Source: a virus | Reading direction: 5' to 3' (one strand) | Virus genome (UHGV): UHGV-0073881 | DNA: 64,000 nucleotides | In this document: positions 12,145-22,869 of the stretch, one piece after another | How the letters are laid out: every line of letters begins with the position of its first letter | How positions within the stretch are numbered: the first letter of the stretch is position 1 | Translations under genes and position numbers: made by a program | The notes under the pieces: generated by a model | Told to the model about the DNA's origin: nothing | The model's database searches: none | Seen by the model: the letters and a program-made list of their open reading frames with translations, nothing else

Positions 12145-12785
12145 TGAAATCCCCTGTAACAAGAATGTCAGGGTACGTTACTGAGTGTTTGGATGAATTT
12201 AAAAAGGAACTCTACACTGGTTTACCAGCTATTATTGTTTCCTATGATGCTAAAACACAATCTGCAACGGTAAGGCCATTATATTCTATTGATGGTCTTC
12301 CAATGCCAGAGATTACAGGTGTTCCAGTTCAGTTCCCTAGTGGTGGTGGAGCATCTTTAACGTTCCCTGTAAAGACAAATGACAGATGCTGGTTAGCATT
12401 CTCTATGCTTCCACTTGATGACTATGTAGTTAATGACAAGAACGTACAGATGGAAACAAATCTAAGAAGAACACATGATATGACTGACTGTGTAGCTTTT
12501 GTAGGTATCTGTACAAGAACTCAGAACTTTAATCCTGACCCAACAGCAGTCAGATTACACTACGGAGATTCAGTATTAAGAATCACTGATGATGGTAATT
12601 TTTGGTTCACTGGTGATGTTCATATTTCTAAGAATCTTTACGTTGAAGAAGATGTAATTGCCAAAGGTGAAGTTCATGGTTCAGATTTTGTCAGTGATAC
12701 TACAGGTGTTAGTTTCAATGAGCATAACCACCATTATTACTGGACTGACGGTGGCGGTGAAGCTGATACAACAGAGGCACAATAA
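12144..12785 (+). CDS. baseplate spike protein (gpV-like)
   Basis: 213-aa ORF upstream of a gpW-sized ORF and a J-like ORF; synteny with P2/Mu baseplates. Confidence 0.45.
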
Positions 12786-13201
12786 TGAAGACAGATTTTG
12801 CAATTAACCTTGGTGGAGACTACGTAGCTAAAATGGGTTCAGACTCTGTTTACGTAGCCCACGGAGACTTAAAAATTATTGGTAACCAAATTAGAATTAT
12901 CCCTGAAGATGATAAAGCTACACAGGTTGCACAAAGATTACATATTAGATGTTTACTAAGGGCTGGAGAAGTATTCTTTAATACGTCTGCTGGATTCCCT
13001 TATTTGCAACTTGCTAAGTTCAAACAGAGAACATCAATTTTTGACAACTATATGAAAGGCTATCTTGTTGAAACGAGAGATGTGACAAACATCTACAATT
13101 ATTCTTCAACAATCGATAGTGCCATGAGAAAAGTTTCAGTTAGCTTTAGTGCAACTACAACTGCTGATACTGTAGAAATTAATGAAGAGGTAAACATTTA
13201 A
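12785..13201 (+). CDS. baseplate wedge protein (gpW/gp25-like)
   Basis: 138-aa ORF between spike-like and J-like ORFs. Confidence 0.45.
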   Translation: MKTDFAINLGGDYVAKMGSDSVYVAHGDLKIIGNQIRIIPEDDKATQVAQRLHIRCLLRAGEVFFNTSAGFPYLQLAKFKQRTSIFDNYMKGYLVETRDVTNIYNYSSTIDSAMRKVSVSFSATTTADTVEINEEVNI

Positions 13202-14670
13202 TGGCTGGATTAACTACAACTGGTTTGCAGACAAAAAGATATCAAGAAATCTTAGATGATATTAAAGAAAGACTATACAGAGATATTTCACCTAACCTTG
13301 ACGTATCTGAAGATAGCCAGCTTGGACTCTTCTTAGCTTCTGTTTGTAGAGCCTTGGCAGATGCACATGAAATCTTGTCAGAAATCTATGACGGTGGCAC
13401 TATTGACAAAGCTGAGGGATTTAGCCTTGATGATGTAACAGCACTGAATGCTGTATACAGATATGTTGCACAAGCTACGAGAGGTCAGGCTGAGTTTACT
13501 GGTGCATCCGGTTCTCCAGTTCCATCTACAACAAGGCTGAGAAGTACAGCAGGTAATATTTTCTACCCTGTATCAACATTTACGCTAACTCCGTCTTACT
13601 GCGTTGAAGCAAATTTGGAAGTTAACTCTTTACGTACTGACTCAAACTATGTTATTATTATTGATAACGTTGAATACTCATATCAACCAACAAGCTCAGA
13701 TACTGTTACAACACTTTTACAGCACTTAGCAGACTCTATCAATGGTGGTCTCGTTGCTAAAGCGGAAGTTGTTAATGATGGTTCTGTGTTGAAAATCTAT
13801 AAAGACACTGGAGATATTGTTGCCAGAACAAACCCTATGGTTGTAACTGCAACAACCTTCTTGACATTCACAAAGATTACTACAATTAATGATGTAGTGG
13901 CTGAACAGACAGGTGCTTTACCAACTCTGGCAGGAACACTTATTGAGATTGAAACAACTGTAGATGGTCTTGACGGTGTATTTAACAGGTATGACCTAGT
14001 AACTGGACGTGATGAAGAGTCTGATACAGAACTACGTCAGCGTTACCTAGAATCTTTAGCAGTTACTGGTGTGGGTACTTTAGATGCTATCGTTGCTGCT
14101 GTCAAGAGAGTTCAAGGTGTATCTGATGCTTCTGGTGTAGAAAATGACACAGAGACTACTTCTTCTGATGAGTTACCTCCAAAGTCTTTCAAGATTGTCG
14201 TTGTAGGTGGTCAGAACGACAACGTAGCACAGGCTATCTGGGATGCTAAACCTGCTGGTATTAGAGCATACGGCTCTATCTTTGGAACAGCTTATGACTT
14301 AGGTGACTTACCACATAATGTCTACTTTAGCAGACCAATGCCTAAGTATGTTTTTGTCAAGGTAAAATACTCAATGTACGATGAAGAATCTTTGAACATC
14401 CCTGAACAGGATATCCATGACAGAATTGTGCAGGGTATTAACGCTTATGGTAGAACCTTGAAAGTTGGTAATGACGTTATCCCTAACAGAATCTATGGAT
14501 ATGTTTATGACGTTATCCAAGGTATTGAGATTAATGAAATCAAAGTAGCCTTGGCAAATAACCAATCAGTTCCTCCAGCAGATGACCAGTACACAACTGC
14601 AAGAATCACAGTTGATGGTGACCAGTATACCGTATGGGAAAGCAGTCAGTATACCATTACTAAGGAATAA
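13201..14670 (+). CDS. baseplate J-like protein
   Basis: 489-aa ORF in the J position of a P2/Mu-like baseplate operon. Confidence 0.5.
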   Translation: MAGLTTTGLQTKRYQEILDDIKERLYRDISPNLDVSEDSQLGLFLASVCRALADAHEILSEIYDGGTIDKAEGFSLDDVTALNAVYRYVAQATRGQAEFTGASGSPVPSTTRLRSTAGNIFYPVSTFTLTPSYCVEANLEVNSLRTDSNYVIIIDNVEYSYQPTSSDTVTTLLQHLADSINGGLVAKAEVVNDGSVLKIYKDTGDIVARTNPMVVTATTFLTFTKITTINDVVAEQTGALPTLAGTLIEIETTVDGLDGVFNRYDLVTGRDEESDTELRQRYLESLAVTGVGTLDAIVAAVKRVQGVSDASGVENDTETTSSDELPPKSFKIVVVGGQNDNVAQAIWDAKPAGIRAYGSIFGTAYDLGDLPHNVYFSRPMPKYVFVKVKYSMYDEESLNIPEQDIHDRIVQGINAYGRTLKVGNDVIPNRIYGYVYDVIQGIEINEIKVALANNQSVPPADDQYTTARITVDGDQYTVWESSQYTITKE

Positions 14671-14673
14671 TTA

Positions 14674-15531
14674 ATGTTACAAAAAATTGACAACATCTAT
14701 GAAAAGACGTTGGACGAGAGAACTGTAACACAATTCAAAGACAAGTTTATTTACACAAGTCTATTGAAATCTATCACAGATGAGTTACAATTGATTGAGG
14801 ATATTAGTTTTCAGTTATACACTGAACGTAATATTCGTACAGGTGTAGGCCAGCAATTAGATAACATTGGGGCTTTGATTAAAGTCCCTAGACCTATTGG
14901 TGCTACAGATGAAGCTTACAGAGCTATCCTATATATCCAAATCTTTCTAAGACGTTCTGACACAACTCCAACGTTTCTTCAAAGAGCTATTATGACTCTT
15001 TACAATGCTACGTTCAGTCAAATCTTTGAGCATATTACTCCTATGACTGGCGGTATTGTTATAAGAGTTAATACCAGAAACAACGTTGTAGATACAGCAT
15101 ACACACTTTCAAAGATTGCTGCAACAACTATTGGTTCAGCAGTTATCTTGAGAGATGTGACTTTGAATGGTACTGCATGGACACCTGTAGAGGTTGCTGA
15201 CTCAGCTTTAGCAATCACTGATGACAAGAATAGCTGGTTCGTTACAGATAACAACAAAGGTCTTGTAACAAACAACACAGGTGGCTCTCTTGAGGCAAAC
15301 TTACTAGGAAGTTTAGCAGATGCTGGTGTAAAGGATGGCTACATGAGGGTTGATAAAACTGGTGGGAGTACCAGTAAAGACTACTTCAAAGTCTCTAAGA
15401 CAGCAAACGGTAATGACTATTTCATTGCTGGTAAAGAAACAGTCGCAGGTGGTGATTACGGTGTAATGGCTGAGGTTGCACAAATCATCAAAGGCAGAAA
15501 AGATAAATCCCAACAAGAAGGAAGTTCATAA
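14674..15531 (+). CDS. baseplate wedge / tail fibre attachment protein (gpI-like)
   Basis: 285-aa ORF following the J-like gene. Confidence 0.4.
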   Translation: MLQKIDNIYEKTLDERTVTQFKDKFIYTSLLKSITDELQLIEDISFQLYTERNIRTGVGQQLDNIGALIKVPRPIGATDEAYRAILYIQIFLRRSDTTPTFLQRAIMTLYNATFSQIFEHITPMTGGIVIRVNTRNNVVDTAYTLSKIAATTIGSAVILRDVTLNGTAWTPVEVADSALAITDDKNSWFVTDNNKGLVTNNTGGSLEANLLGSLADAGVKDGYMRVDKTGGSTSKDYFKVSKTANGNDYFIAGKETVAGGDYGVMAEVAQIIKGRKDKSQQEGSS

Positions 15532-15833
15532 TGGCAGATTTAAATTGGGCTACAGGCTCAGTAGATGCTGATGGTAACCAGCTTAAAGTATTACCACCAC
15601 CAGAAGTTCAAGCAACTGGCCTTTTAAGGGGTGAACCTATGGGCCGTCAGTGGTTTAACTATATCTTAAACTACCTTCTGGTAAAAGTAAACGGGACGGT
15701 AGGTGAAGTCAAATCTTTTGCCACTGAACAACCTGATTTAGTTGAAAGTGGTTGGACGCTTATTAAAACAGAAACAGGTACTGCAACAACATCGACAACA
15801 AACCTATACACATATGAATATGTAGGGAGCTAA
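15531..15833 (+). CDS. hypothetical tail protein
   Basis: 100-aa ORF coupled to neighbours, directly upstream of the fibre genes. Confidence 0.4.
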   Translation: MADLNWATGSVDADGNQLKVLPPPEVQATGLLRGEPMGRQWFNYILNYLLVKVNGTVGEVKSFATEQPDLVESGWTLIKTETGTATTSTTNLYTYEYVGS

Positions 15834-15835
15834 TA

Positions 15836-17044
15836 ATGGCAGTTGGTGAAATTCAAATTAGTGCATTACCTCAAGCCTCTCTACCAATCGGGCTTAGTGA
15901 TATTTTTCACTTGAAGCAGGGTATTGAGGATAAAAGGTGTACACTAGAGCAATTACTTGCTCCACACGCATCTTTAAAGAATAACCCACACGAAGTTACA
16001 AAAAATCAGGTTGGTTTGAGTAGTGTTATTAACGCACTCCAATTAGTTGCTGCTAATAACTTGTCAGATGTTGTTAATGTTCAGGAAGCAAGAGCAAACT
16101 TAGGAATCCTTTCAAGTGACCAAGTTAATGCTCTTATTCAGACTCACATTGATGACAAGAATAACCCTCACAATACTACGAAGGGTCAAGTTGGATTAGG
16201 TAACCTCCAGAACTGGACATACTCCAATTCATACTCTGAAGATGCTGACAAATATGCTACAGCAAGGGCTGTAAACGCACTGTACAGGGCTATTCAGAAT
16301 AGTTACCCGATTGGTTCTATTCACCTGACTGTGAACCCTGCAAACCCCACTACGTACCTTCTTTGTGGGGGTACTTGGGAACTTGTCTCTAAAGGTAGAG
16401 CACTTGTAGGTTATGATACAGATTCCAGACCAGTTGATTCAACATTTGGTAGTCAGAATGTGACATTGAACAGTAACCACTTACCTGCTCACAGCCACTC
16501 AATTTACCTAACTGGTGGTACTCACAAGCATGGTAATAGTGTTTCTGTATCAAGCTTTGACTACGGAACAAGAACTACAAGTGGTTTTGACTATGGCACA
16601 AAGGCTACTAGTGGTTTTGACTATGGAAGCAAATCAACGACTCCATTTGATTATGGAAACAAATCTACGGATTATAGTGGCGACCATACCCATACGATTC
16701 CAGATTTTCCTGCTTATGAATGGAAAAATGCCACCGACAATGGTCGTTACAGAATGGGGATTAACACTAGAGATGGGGTAACAGGCTCATCCGGGAATCA
16801 CGCGCATACAGTCTATATTGGTGCTCATAGCCATTCTGTGTATATCGGTGCTCACAACCACACACTTGATATCGGTGCTCACAACCATACTTTGGCAATT
16901 GGTGCTCACACACATACAGTAACTGTAGACATTGAAGATGCTGACCATACACACTCTGGTACAACTGGTAACACTGGTAGTGGACAAGCTTTTAGTGTGG
17001 AGCAACCTTCCTATGTAGTTTACATCTGGAAGAGAGTAGCTTAA
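15836..17044 (+). CDS. tail fibre protein with His-x-His repeat tip
   Basis: 402 aa; N-terminal repeated KNNPH..TK.QVGL motif; four decapeptide repeats of the form xFDYGxxxTx; C-terminal IGAH-x-H-T repeats (GAHSHSVYIGAHNHTLDIGAHNHTLAIGAHTHT). Confidence 0.65.
   Translation: MAVGEIQISALPQASLPIGLSDIFHLKQGIEDKRCTLEQLLAPHASLKNNPHEVTKNQVGLSSVINALQLVAANNLSDVVNVQEARANLGILSSDQVNALIQTHIDDKNNPHNTTKGQVGLGNLQNWTYSNSYSEDADKYATARAVNALYRAIQNSYPIGSIHLTVNPANPTTYLLCGGTWELVSKGRALVGYDTDSRPVDSTFGSQNVTLNSNHLPAHSHSIYLTGGTHKHGNSVSVSSFDYGTRTTSGFDYGTKATSGFDYGSKSTTPFDYGNKSTDYSGDHTHTIPDFPAYEWKNATDNGRYRMGINTRDGVTGSSGNHAHTVYIGAHSHSVYIGAHNHTLDIGAHNHTLAIGAHTHTVTVDIEDADHTHSGTTGNTGSGQAFSVEQPSYVVYIWKRVA
16550..16925 (+). repeat. 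in-frame tandem repeats in the fibre gene (30-nt FDYG units and 27-nt GAH-x-H units)
   Basis: near-identical nucleotide units repeated about 4 times each, visible directly in the sequence. Confidence 0.7.
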
Positions 17045-17090
17045 TTATTTTTAAGGGGGCTGTAAAGCCCTCTATTAAGAGGATTGATAA

Positions 17091-19439
17091 ATGGCTGAAT
17101 ACAAACTAAGTGAACTAAACAGTATTGATACAGTTCGCTCAGACGACCTATTACATTTGAGAGTTATTAAAAGACCTGAAATGTTAGGTGACGAAGACCG
17201 TAAAATTACTTACGCAAATTTTCTAGCCTCATTTAGACTTGAAAGATTCCTGCAATTATCTGGTGGAACTATGACAGGTAATTTGGGAATTGTGAAGTTA
17301 ACTTACGGTGGAAAAGATTTATTTGACCCTACAAATTCTTCTGAAATTTCTATTGGGGATACTGCAAAGACTTTTAAAGTTAATGCAAATGGTCTTGCTT
17401 TAAAAGTTGCCGATGCAACAAGAACTGCATTTGTTTATCACACTCTGAATAAACCAAGCCCAGCAGATTTGGGTATGAGAACAAATGCTGAAAATGATGC
17501 AAGATATGCTATTAAGAATGCAGATAACACCTTTGCAGCTAGGCAGATTGTTAATATCAACGGTGCTGGTATTACCCTGAAAAGTATCTTCCCAGATGCT
17601 GGAGCATATTTTGAAGCAAGAGACTCTAACAATGCTTTGAGATTTACTGTAGGTAACTTGGATGCAAGTTCAGATGTTACTTTAGTAAATAGCAAGGGTG
17701 CTAAGTTGACTCTTGGGACAAACGCTGTTAGTGTTGATAAGGATTTTGCAATTACTGGTCAAGTATTACCAAGTGATTTGTCTAACTTCGATGCAAGATA
17801 CTACACTCAGAATGCTGCTGACCAGAGATTTGCAAGACTGACTGCAAATAACACCTTCTCAGGTACTAACAATTTCACAAACTATCAGACAATCACTTCT
17901 GATGGGGCTTTGCTGAGATTGAAGCCAGCTACAGCAAATGGTGCAGTGTTTGTTCAAGCTTATGCAGGTTCTGGCTCAGAGTCTTGGTATCTTGGTCAAC
18001 CTGACGGGACTAAGCAGGATGTTAACTTGTTTAACCAGATGACAGGTGCAACTATGAGACTCTCTACAGAGTTCTTCTTCAGTAAAGCACTAAACGTTAC
18101 TGGACAGGTTAAGCCAAGTGACTACAACAACTTTGACTCAAGATACCTGCCAGCTTCTTTAGGTAGCACACTTGCTAGGACTAACTCTGCAAATACTTTT
18201 AATGGTATTCAGACTATCCTATCTGATGAAACTCCGCTTCTACTGAAGAATAATACACTTAATGCACCATTGTATATTTCAGGGATTAATGCAAACAACA
18301 TTAGAAGATGGTATCTTGGTAATGGAGACCGTTACAATCCAGAATCCCTATTTTTGTCTAATGACACAACAGGTGCAGCGATTGTATTAAGTAACACCAT
18401 TAATATGACTAAGACCATTAATGTTACTGGTCAGGTTCAACCAAGTGATTTGTCTAACTTTGATGCAAGATACTTCTTAAAAGGTTATTTCATTGGTCAA
18501 TCAGTTATGACAAGAACGGTCAATGCTCTTGACAAACCAAACACTTTTGACATTAACTACGCAGGGTTTGTGAGAGCAAATGGTATGATTGATGGGTTAG
18601 GCTCTTTAGCTATTCATGTTCCACACTCTGCTGGTTGTGAGCATGGTAGAGGCATTAGTTTTGACTATGGAAGTGTGGGTTCGGGTCTTGGTCTAGGCAC
18701 ATATGCCTATGATGCAAGTGGTAATTACCGTGGTTCAGCAGAAATCTACACAACTGCCAGAAAACCAACAACTGCGGAGTTAGGTGTGTACAGTAAAGCA
18801 GAAACTGACCAGAGAATTGCAACAGCTATCACAAACTCAACAGACCTAAACAAGATTTACCCTGTAGGTATGGTTACACTGTTTGCTTCTAATGTCAACC
18901 CTAACGTAGCCTTTGCAGGAACTACTTGGGCTTACTTGGCAAATGGACAGTTTAGAACTATCCGTATTGCATCGTCAACTGGTGAAGATGTTGGTTCGGT
19001 TGGTGGTTCAGATACTAAGAGTATTGCCGTTGGGCATCTTCCAAACCACACGCACAGTTTCTCAGGTACTGTATCGACATTTGACCACGGAACAATTGGT
19101 ACTTCACTAAACGGTTGGCATGGTCACTCTGTGAGTGGCTCTACTGCTGCTGCTGGTGCTCACAACCACACATCATTTGCACTTGGTTGGCAGAAGGGAT
19201 GGGGTTTCCCAGCCGGTAACCAGAACATGGGTGAGTATGCAAAACCAACGTCAACTAATGGTGAACACGCTCACTCATTCTCCGGCACTGCTGCTGGCGA
19301 TGGTAACCACACTCACACTGTTCCAGTTGGTGCTCACAACCATACTTTCAGTGGTAACACTGGTGGTACGGGTTCTGGTTCAGCATTTGACGTTACTAAC
19401 GCATTCATTAAATTGATGGCATGGGTTAGAACTGCGTAA
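17091..19439 (+). CDS. long tail fibre protein
   Basis: 782 aa; three ~110-aa internal repeats marked by NVTGQV.PSD.(S/N)NFD(A/S)RY; C-terminus carries H-x-H motifs (GAHNHT, GEHAHSF, GNHTHTV) and ends like the 402-aa fibre. Confidence 0.7.
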   Translation: MAEYKLSELNSIDTVRSDDLLHLRVIKRPEMLGDEDRKITYANFLASFRLERFLQLSGGTMTGNLGIVKLTYGGKDLFDPTNSSEISIGDTAKTFKVNANGLALKVADATRTAFVYHTLNKPSPADLGMRTNAENDARYAIKNADNTFAARQIVNINGAGITLKSIFPDAGAYFEARDSNNALRFTVGNLDASSDVTLVNSKGAKLTLGTNAVSVDKDFAITGQVLPSDLSNFDARYYTQNAADQRFARLTANNTFSGTNNFTNYQTITSDGALLRLKPATANGAVFVQAYAGSGSESWYLGQPDGTKQDVNLFNQMTGATMRLSTEFFFSKALNVTGQVKPSDYNNFDSRYLPASLGSTLARTNSANTFNGIQTILSDETPLLLKNNTLNAPLYISGINANNIRRWYLGNGDRYNPESLFLSNDTTGAAIVLSNTINMTKTINVTGQVQPSDLSNFDARYFLKGYFIGQSVMTRTVNALDKPNTFDINYAGFVRANGMIDGLGSLAIHVPHSAGCEHGRGISFDYGSVGSGLGLGTYAYDASGNYRGSAEIYTTARKPTTAELGVYSKAETDQRIATAITNSTDLNKIYPVGMVTLFASNVNPNVAFAGTTWAYLANGQFRTIRIASSTGEDVGSVGGSDTKSIAVGHLPNHTHSFSGTVSTFDHGTIGTSLNGWHGHSVSGSTAAAGAHNHTSFALGWQKGWGFPAGNQNMGEYAKPTSTNGEHAHSFSGTAAGDGNHTHTVPVGAHNHTFSGNTGGTGSGSAFDVTNAFIKLMAWVRTA

Positions 19440-19447
19440 TCAACTTA

Positions 19448-19476
19448 TTGACTAATTGTTAAGATGGTGTTAATAT
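19448..19476 (+). promoter_or_regulatory. sigma70-like promoter candidate (TTGACT-N17-TAATAT)
   Basis: hexamers with 17-nt spacing in the gap between the fibre gene and the ORF at 19526; a 9-bp inverted repeat AAGATGGTG/CACCATCTT overlaps it. Confidence 0.4.
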
Positions 19477-19525
19477 TTCTTAGTAGGTATTCTCACCATC
19501 TTGGCTTAAGAAGTAAGGTGATTAA

Positions 19526-19720
19526 ATGCCAACTATCCTAGCAATCCTCTTAAAAAACCTTGGGGCATTCTTCTGGAAGCTTGCACTTTCTCTTCTAAGT
19601 GAATACATGATTGAAAAAGCATTCTTCAGACTTGCAAGATACCTTGCGAGTAAGACTGATACGCCTATCGACGATGAATTTGTAGATAACTTGGAAAAAG
19701 CTTTTAAAGGTGAGAAATAA
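19526..19720 (+). CDS. small membrane protein (holin-like candidate)
   Basis: 64 aa with one hydrophobic helix and a charged C-terminus; located after the fibre genes. Confidence 0.35.
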   Translation: MPTILAILLKNLGAFFWKLALSLLSEYMIEKAFFRLARYLASKTDTPIDDEFVDNLEKAFKGEK

Positions 19721-20094
19721 TGAAGTGGTTAGAAGATGCTTTCAAGAATAATATCGGTGCAATTGTTGTAGGTATTTTCAGTGTAATTGGGATGTACACT
19801 ACAATGCAGGTCTCTGACGGAAAGCAAGAAGTTTCTATCAACACAAAGTTACAACAGTTGGATAGTTACTCAAAAGGTAACTATTCATCTATTCGTGATT
19901 TGCAGTCTGATATGAGACTTCTTCAGTTAGGTATGGAGAACCAGAAGGTACAGCTAGAGAACGTTAAGGGGGAAAACGCTAAGTTGACCAAAACCCTTGA
20001 TAAATTCTCAGATAGTGTGAACAACTTAGCACAGTCTGTATCAGCTTTACAAGCAATTACCGAACAAAATACACAAAGCACTAAGAAAAAATAA
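19720..20094 (+). CDS. membrane-anchored coiled-coil protein
   Basis: 124 aa; N-terminal TM segment IGAIVVGIFSVIGMY followed by a heptad-like Q/L-rich region; ATGA overlap with upstream ORF. Confidence 0.35.
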   Translation: MKWLEDAFKNNIGAIVVGIFSVIGMYTTMQVSDGKQEVSINTKLQQLDSYSKGNYSSIRDLQSDMRLLQLGMENQKVQLENVKGENAKLTKTLDKFSDSVNNLAQSVSALQAITEQNTQSTKKK

Positions 20095-20100
20095 TGTTAA

Positions 20101-20125
20101 GGCTCCCGTAAAAAGGAGCCTTTTT
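20101..20125. terminator. bidirectional stem-loop terminator between convergent transcription units
   Basis: GGCTCC-loop-GGAGCC followed by TTTTT; lies between the + strand ORF ending at 20094 and the - strand ORF ending at 20131. Confidence 0.6.
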
Positions 20126-20130
20126 CTTAT

Positions 20131-21030
20131 CTACTTACCAACTGACAAGGGAGCTTCAATCTTCCCTGCATGACGGTAATCTTTCAAGCCACCTATGAAG
20201 TCACTTGCAGTTTTATGTTTAATGTCTTCAAGGCATTTCAAGTCTTGAACAATCTCAAATTTAGGTGCTGGAAACTCTTCATTACCTAGCAACTGGAAAA
20301 CCTGAGACATATGGTTTTGATAAATTTGAGTATCCCCAAAAGTGCCTACCAAGTATCTTGGAGTGTACCCTGTCATCTTACACAGAACATGCAAAATAAA
20401 ACCATATGATGCAATATTAAATGGTAAACCTAAGAAGGTGTCACATGACCTTTGATACCATTTCAAATCCATCTCTCCAGTATTCGAAACATAAATCTGG
20501 AAAAGAACATGACAAGGTGCTAATGCCATAGAACCACTTGCAATATCTGCTGCATTCCAAGCATTAACCAGCATGTAACGGTCTGTAGGAGACTTTTTAA
20601 CCTTATCAATAAGAATGTCTAACTGGTCAACTACAACGCCACCATGACCTTCTGAAGCCCTCCACTGGACACCATAGATTCGTCCACCTGCATCTTCCAG
20701 CCAATCCTTCTCAGTCGCATAAGAAGTCTTCAACCAACGCTTGAAGTCATCTGTCCAGATAGTCCAACGTTCTCCGTCATTCTCTCCCCAAGTTCTGTAT
20801 CGAAGAGTTCCAAGGGTGTTTTCACCATTTAAGAACCAAAGTGCTTCCCCAATTACCTGACGCATGAAGGTTTGCTTTGAAGTGATTAATGGGAATCCAG
20901 AACGCATATCAAAGCGAAACTCTGGTGGAGCAAAGGTGGTAACAACTTTACCAGTTCGTGTATCACGCTGCTCACCGACTGTTAAAACATGGTTCAAAAT
21001 ATTCTTGTAACTTACATCTGCTTGTGACAT
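20131..21030 (-). CDS. thyA: thymidylate synthase
   Basis: 299 aa with ThyA hallmarks including the active-site PCH context (ALAPCHVLFQ) and conserved C-terminal region. Confidence 0.9.
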   Translation of the reverse strand: MSQADVSYKNILNHVLTVGEQRDTRTGKVVTTFAPPEFRFDMRSGFPLITSKQTFMRQVIGEALWFLNGENTLGTLRYRTWGENDGERWTIWTDDFKRWLKTSYATEKDWLEDAGGRIYGVQWRASEGHGGVVVDQLDILIDKVKKSPTDRYMLVNAWNAADIASGSMALAPCHVLFQIYVSNTGEMDLKWYQRSCDTFLGLPFNIASYGFILHVLCKMTGYTPRYLVGTFGDTQIYQNHMSQVFQLLGNEEFPAPKFEIVQDLKCLEDIKHKTASDFIGGLKDYRHAGKIEAPLSVGK

Positions 21031-21031
21031 A

Positions 21032-21577
21032 TCAGAAACGTCCTCTTACTTGTGGAACATAAATGTTGAATACAACGCTGTCATCCTTCGATGGTTTTGA
21101 CTGTATTCTAGCAAAAGTTGACTCATCATACAAGTACTCAAAGAAACCCTTGTAAGGAAGCTTCACAGTTGCTTCTTCAGTCACTTCACGAATATATGTT
21201 TGACAAACTGCATCTGCATATGGTAAAGCTTGGATTAGAATGCTTGCCCCGCCAATTATACAAACATCTTGCTCGATACTATTATCAAGATGTTTTAAGA
21301 ATGCCCCAAAAGCGTCTGAATGAACCTTAGCAAACATTACATCTTCTCTACCAAAATCTATACCTTCATACGGTAATGAGTTTGTCAGAACAATATTATC
21401 ACGGTCTGGTAAAGGTTTGCTTCCAAGACTCTTGAAAGTGTCATTACCCATAACTACCAATTGACCTGTGGTAATCTTTTTGAACTCTTGCATGTCTTGC
21501 TTATTACGAGGCCAAGGCATACCAGAAGGACAACCAAACTCCCCGTTAAGACCATTTGCAAAAACTAATTTAATCAT
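21032..21577 (-). CDS. folA: dihydrofolate reductase
   Basis: 181 aa; DHFR-like N-terminus (MPWPRNKQD, VVMGNDTFKSLG, PLPDRDNIVLT); adjacent to the thymidylate synthase gene. Confidence 0.85.
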   Translation of the reverse strand: MIKLVFANGLNGEFGCPSGMPWPRNKQDMQEFKKITTGQLVVMGNDTFKSLGSKPLPDRDNIVLTNSLPYEGIDFGREDVMFAKVHSDAFGAFLKHLDNSIEQDVCIIGGASILIQALPYADAVCQTYIREVTEEATVKLPYKGFFEYLYDESTFARIQSKPSKDDSVVFNIYVPQVRGRF

Positions 21578-21846
21578 TGTGTGAACCCCTTTACAATAAA
21601 CCAGTTAGCAATATTTTTAACAAATTTAACTGGGTGAAATACTAAATGTGGTTGTGGTTCATAACCACCATAAGCCCAGAAAGAGATAATGTTATTACAA
21701 TCCGTGCAACGTGTATACTCTTCGGCTACATTACCTGCGACAATCTCTGTAATCTCACCTTGGAAATTTGTACCTCCACAATGTGGGCATTTTAAAGGTT
21801 CGCCGTCTTGACTGTAACAGTGTTCAAACTTCTCAAACAGTTTCAT
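21574..21846 (-). CDS. hypothetical zinc-ribbon protein
   Basis: 90 aa with CPHCGG ... CTDCN cysteine pairs. Confidence 0.45.
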   Translation of the reverse strand: MKLFEKFEHCYSQDGEPLKCPHCGGTNFQGEITEIVAGNVAEEYTRCTDCNNIISFWAYGGYEPQPHLVFHPVKFVKNIANWFIVKGFTQ

Positions 21847-22364
21847 TTTTTGTTTACCTTAAAAGTTTGCTGGATATCAACTACGAAGTCTAAATCATCA
21901 CACTCACTTGATAGGAAATCTTCAAAGTGTTTTGGTATAAAACTTAGGAAATCCATAGAACCCAAATCACCTACTAAGCGAATGTAATAATCGTTCTCGC
22001 AAGTTGCATTAACTAAATGCCGTCCTATGTATGGCTTCACAATATCTCTTATATCATCTACGAAGATATTCAAAAGAGCTTTGAAGGATTTAGGGTACTG
22101 AGTTCCTCCATACAAGTCAATGCTTGCTTCAGTCTTTACAGAGATTGATTTAGCATCTCTGAACTCAGTTGAGAAAAGATGAGCAGGGAGAATACAAAGT
22201 GAATCTCCAGTATCTTCATCAACCAACTCAATAGTTCCTGCATCATAGTTTGTTTCAATCAGTATTTCACCCTCTTGTATCTTTCTTGCTTCAAGGTGAG
22301 TTGTGATAATACCTCTCAGTATTGATGCTTCAGGGAGAAATAAGTTGATTCCTATTTTCTGCAT
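21843..22364 (-). CDS. hypothetical protein
   Basis: 173-aa ORF in the co-oriented early cluster. Confidence 0.45.
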   Translation of the reverse strand: MQKIGINLFLPEASILRGIITTHLEARKIQEGEILIETNYDAGTIELVDEDTGDSLCILPAHLFSTEFRDAKSISVKTEASIDLYGGTQYPKSFKALLNIFVDDIRDIVKPYIGRHLVNATCENDYYIRLVGDLGSMDFLSFIPKHFEDFLSSECDDLDFVVDIQQTFKVNKK

Positions 22365-22365
22365 A

Positions 22366-22869
22366 TCAAACCTCTACAAATGTTTGCTTCATGTTATCGT
22401 ATGAATAGAATTTTATACACTTTTGAGTATTCCAGTCAACCTTTTCTTTGTAAGAAAGACCTTTTGAGATTCGCTTACCAAGAGTCTGATAGACGATATC
22501 TCGAAGCTTTCTGTACTCAGGTGCATCATCTAAAGCTTTTGCATCTGTAGTTGCCTTGTAACCGTCTATAGAACGTTGATTCCAATCCTGCTGAGTTGGT
22601 GACATTGGCTTGTAAAGCTGTGGCAGATGATTGTAAAGCATGTTACCTTCTTCTAAAGCAAGCTTCAGTTGGTGAAGGTACTCATTCAAACGACCATCCT
22701 CTTCAAGCCACTCATACAGAGACTGTAAAGCCCCTAGATTGTTGTTGTAATGGGCAGCACGTTTTACAGAACCCTTGTCAGTACGATAAGGTGACTTTGG
22801 AAGACTCAGTATCTGACCTTTCAAAACGTTGAATCCAAAGACCAAATCTATTTTCATGGGAAGAGACAT
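22366..22869 (-). CDS. hypothetical protein
   Basis: 167-aa ORF in the co-oriented early cluster. Confidence 0.45.
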   Translation of the reverse strand: MSLPMKIDLVFGFNVLKGQILSLPKSPYRTDKGSVKRAAHYNNNLGALQSLYEWLEEDGRLNEYLHQLKLALEEGNMLYNHLPQLYKPMSPTQQDWNQRSIDGYKATTDAKALDDAPEYRKLRDIVYQTLGKRISKGLSYKEKVDWNTQKCIKFYSYDNMKQTFVEV

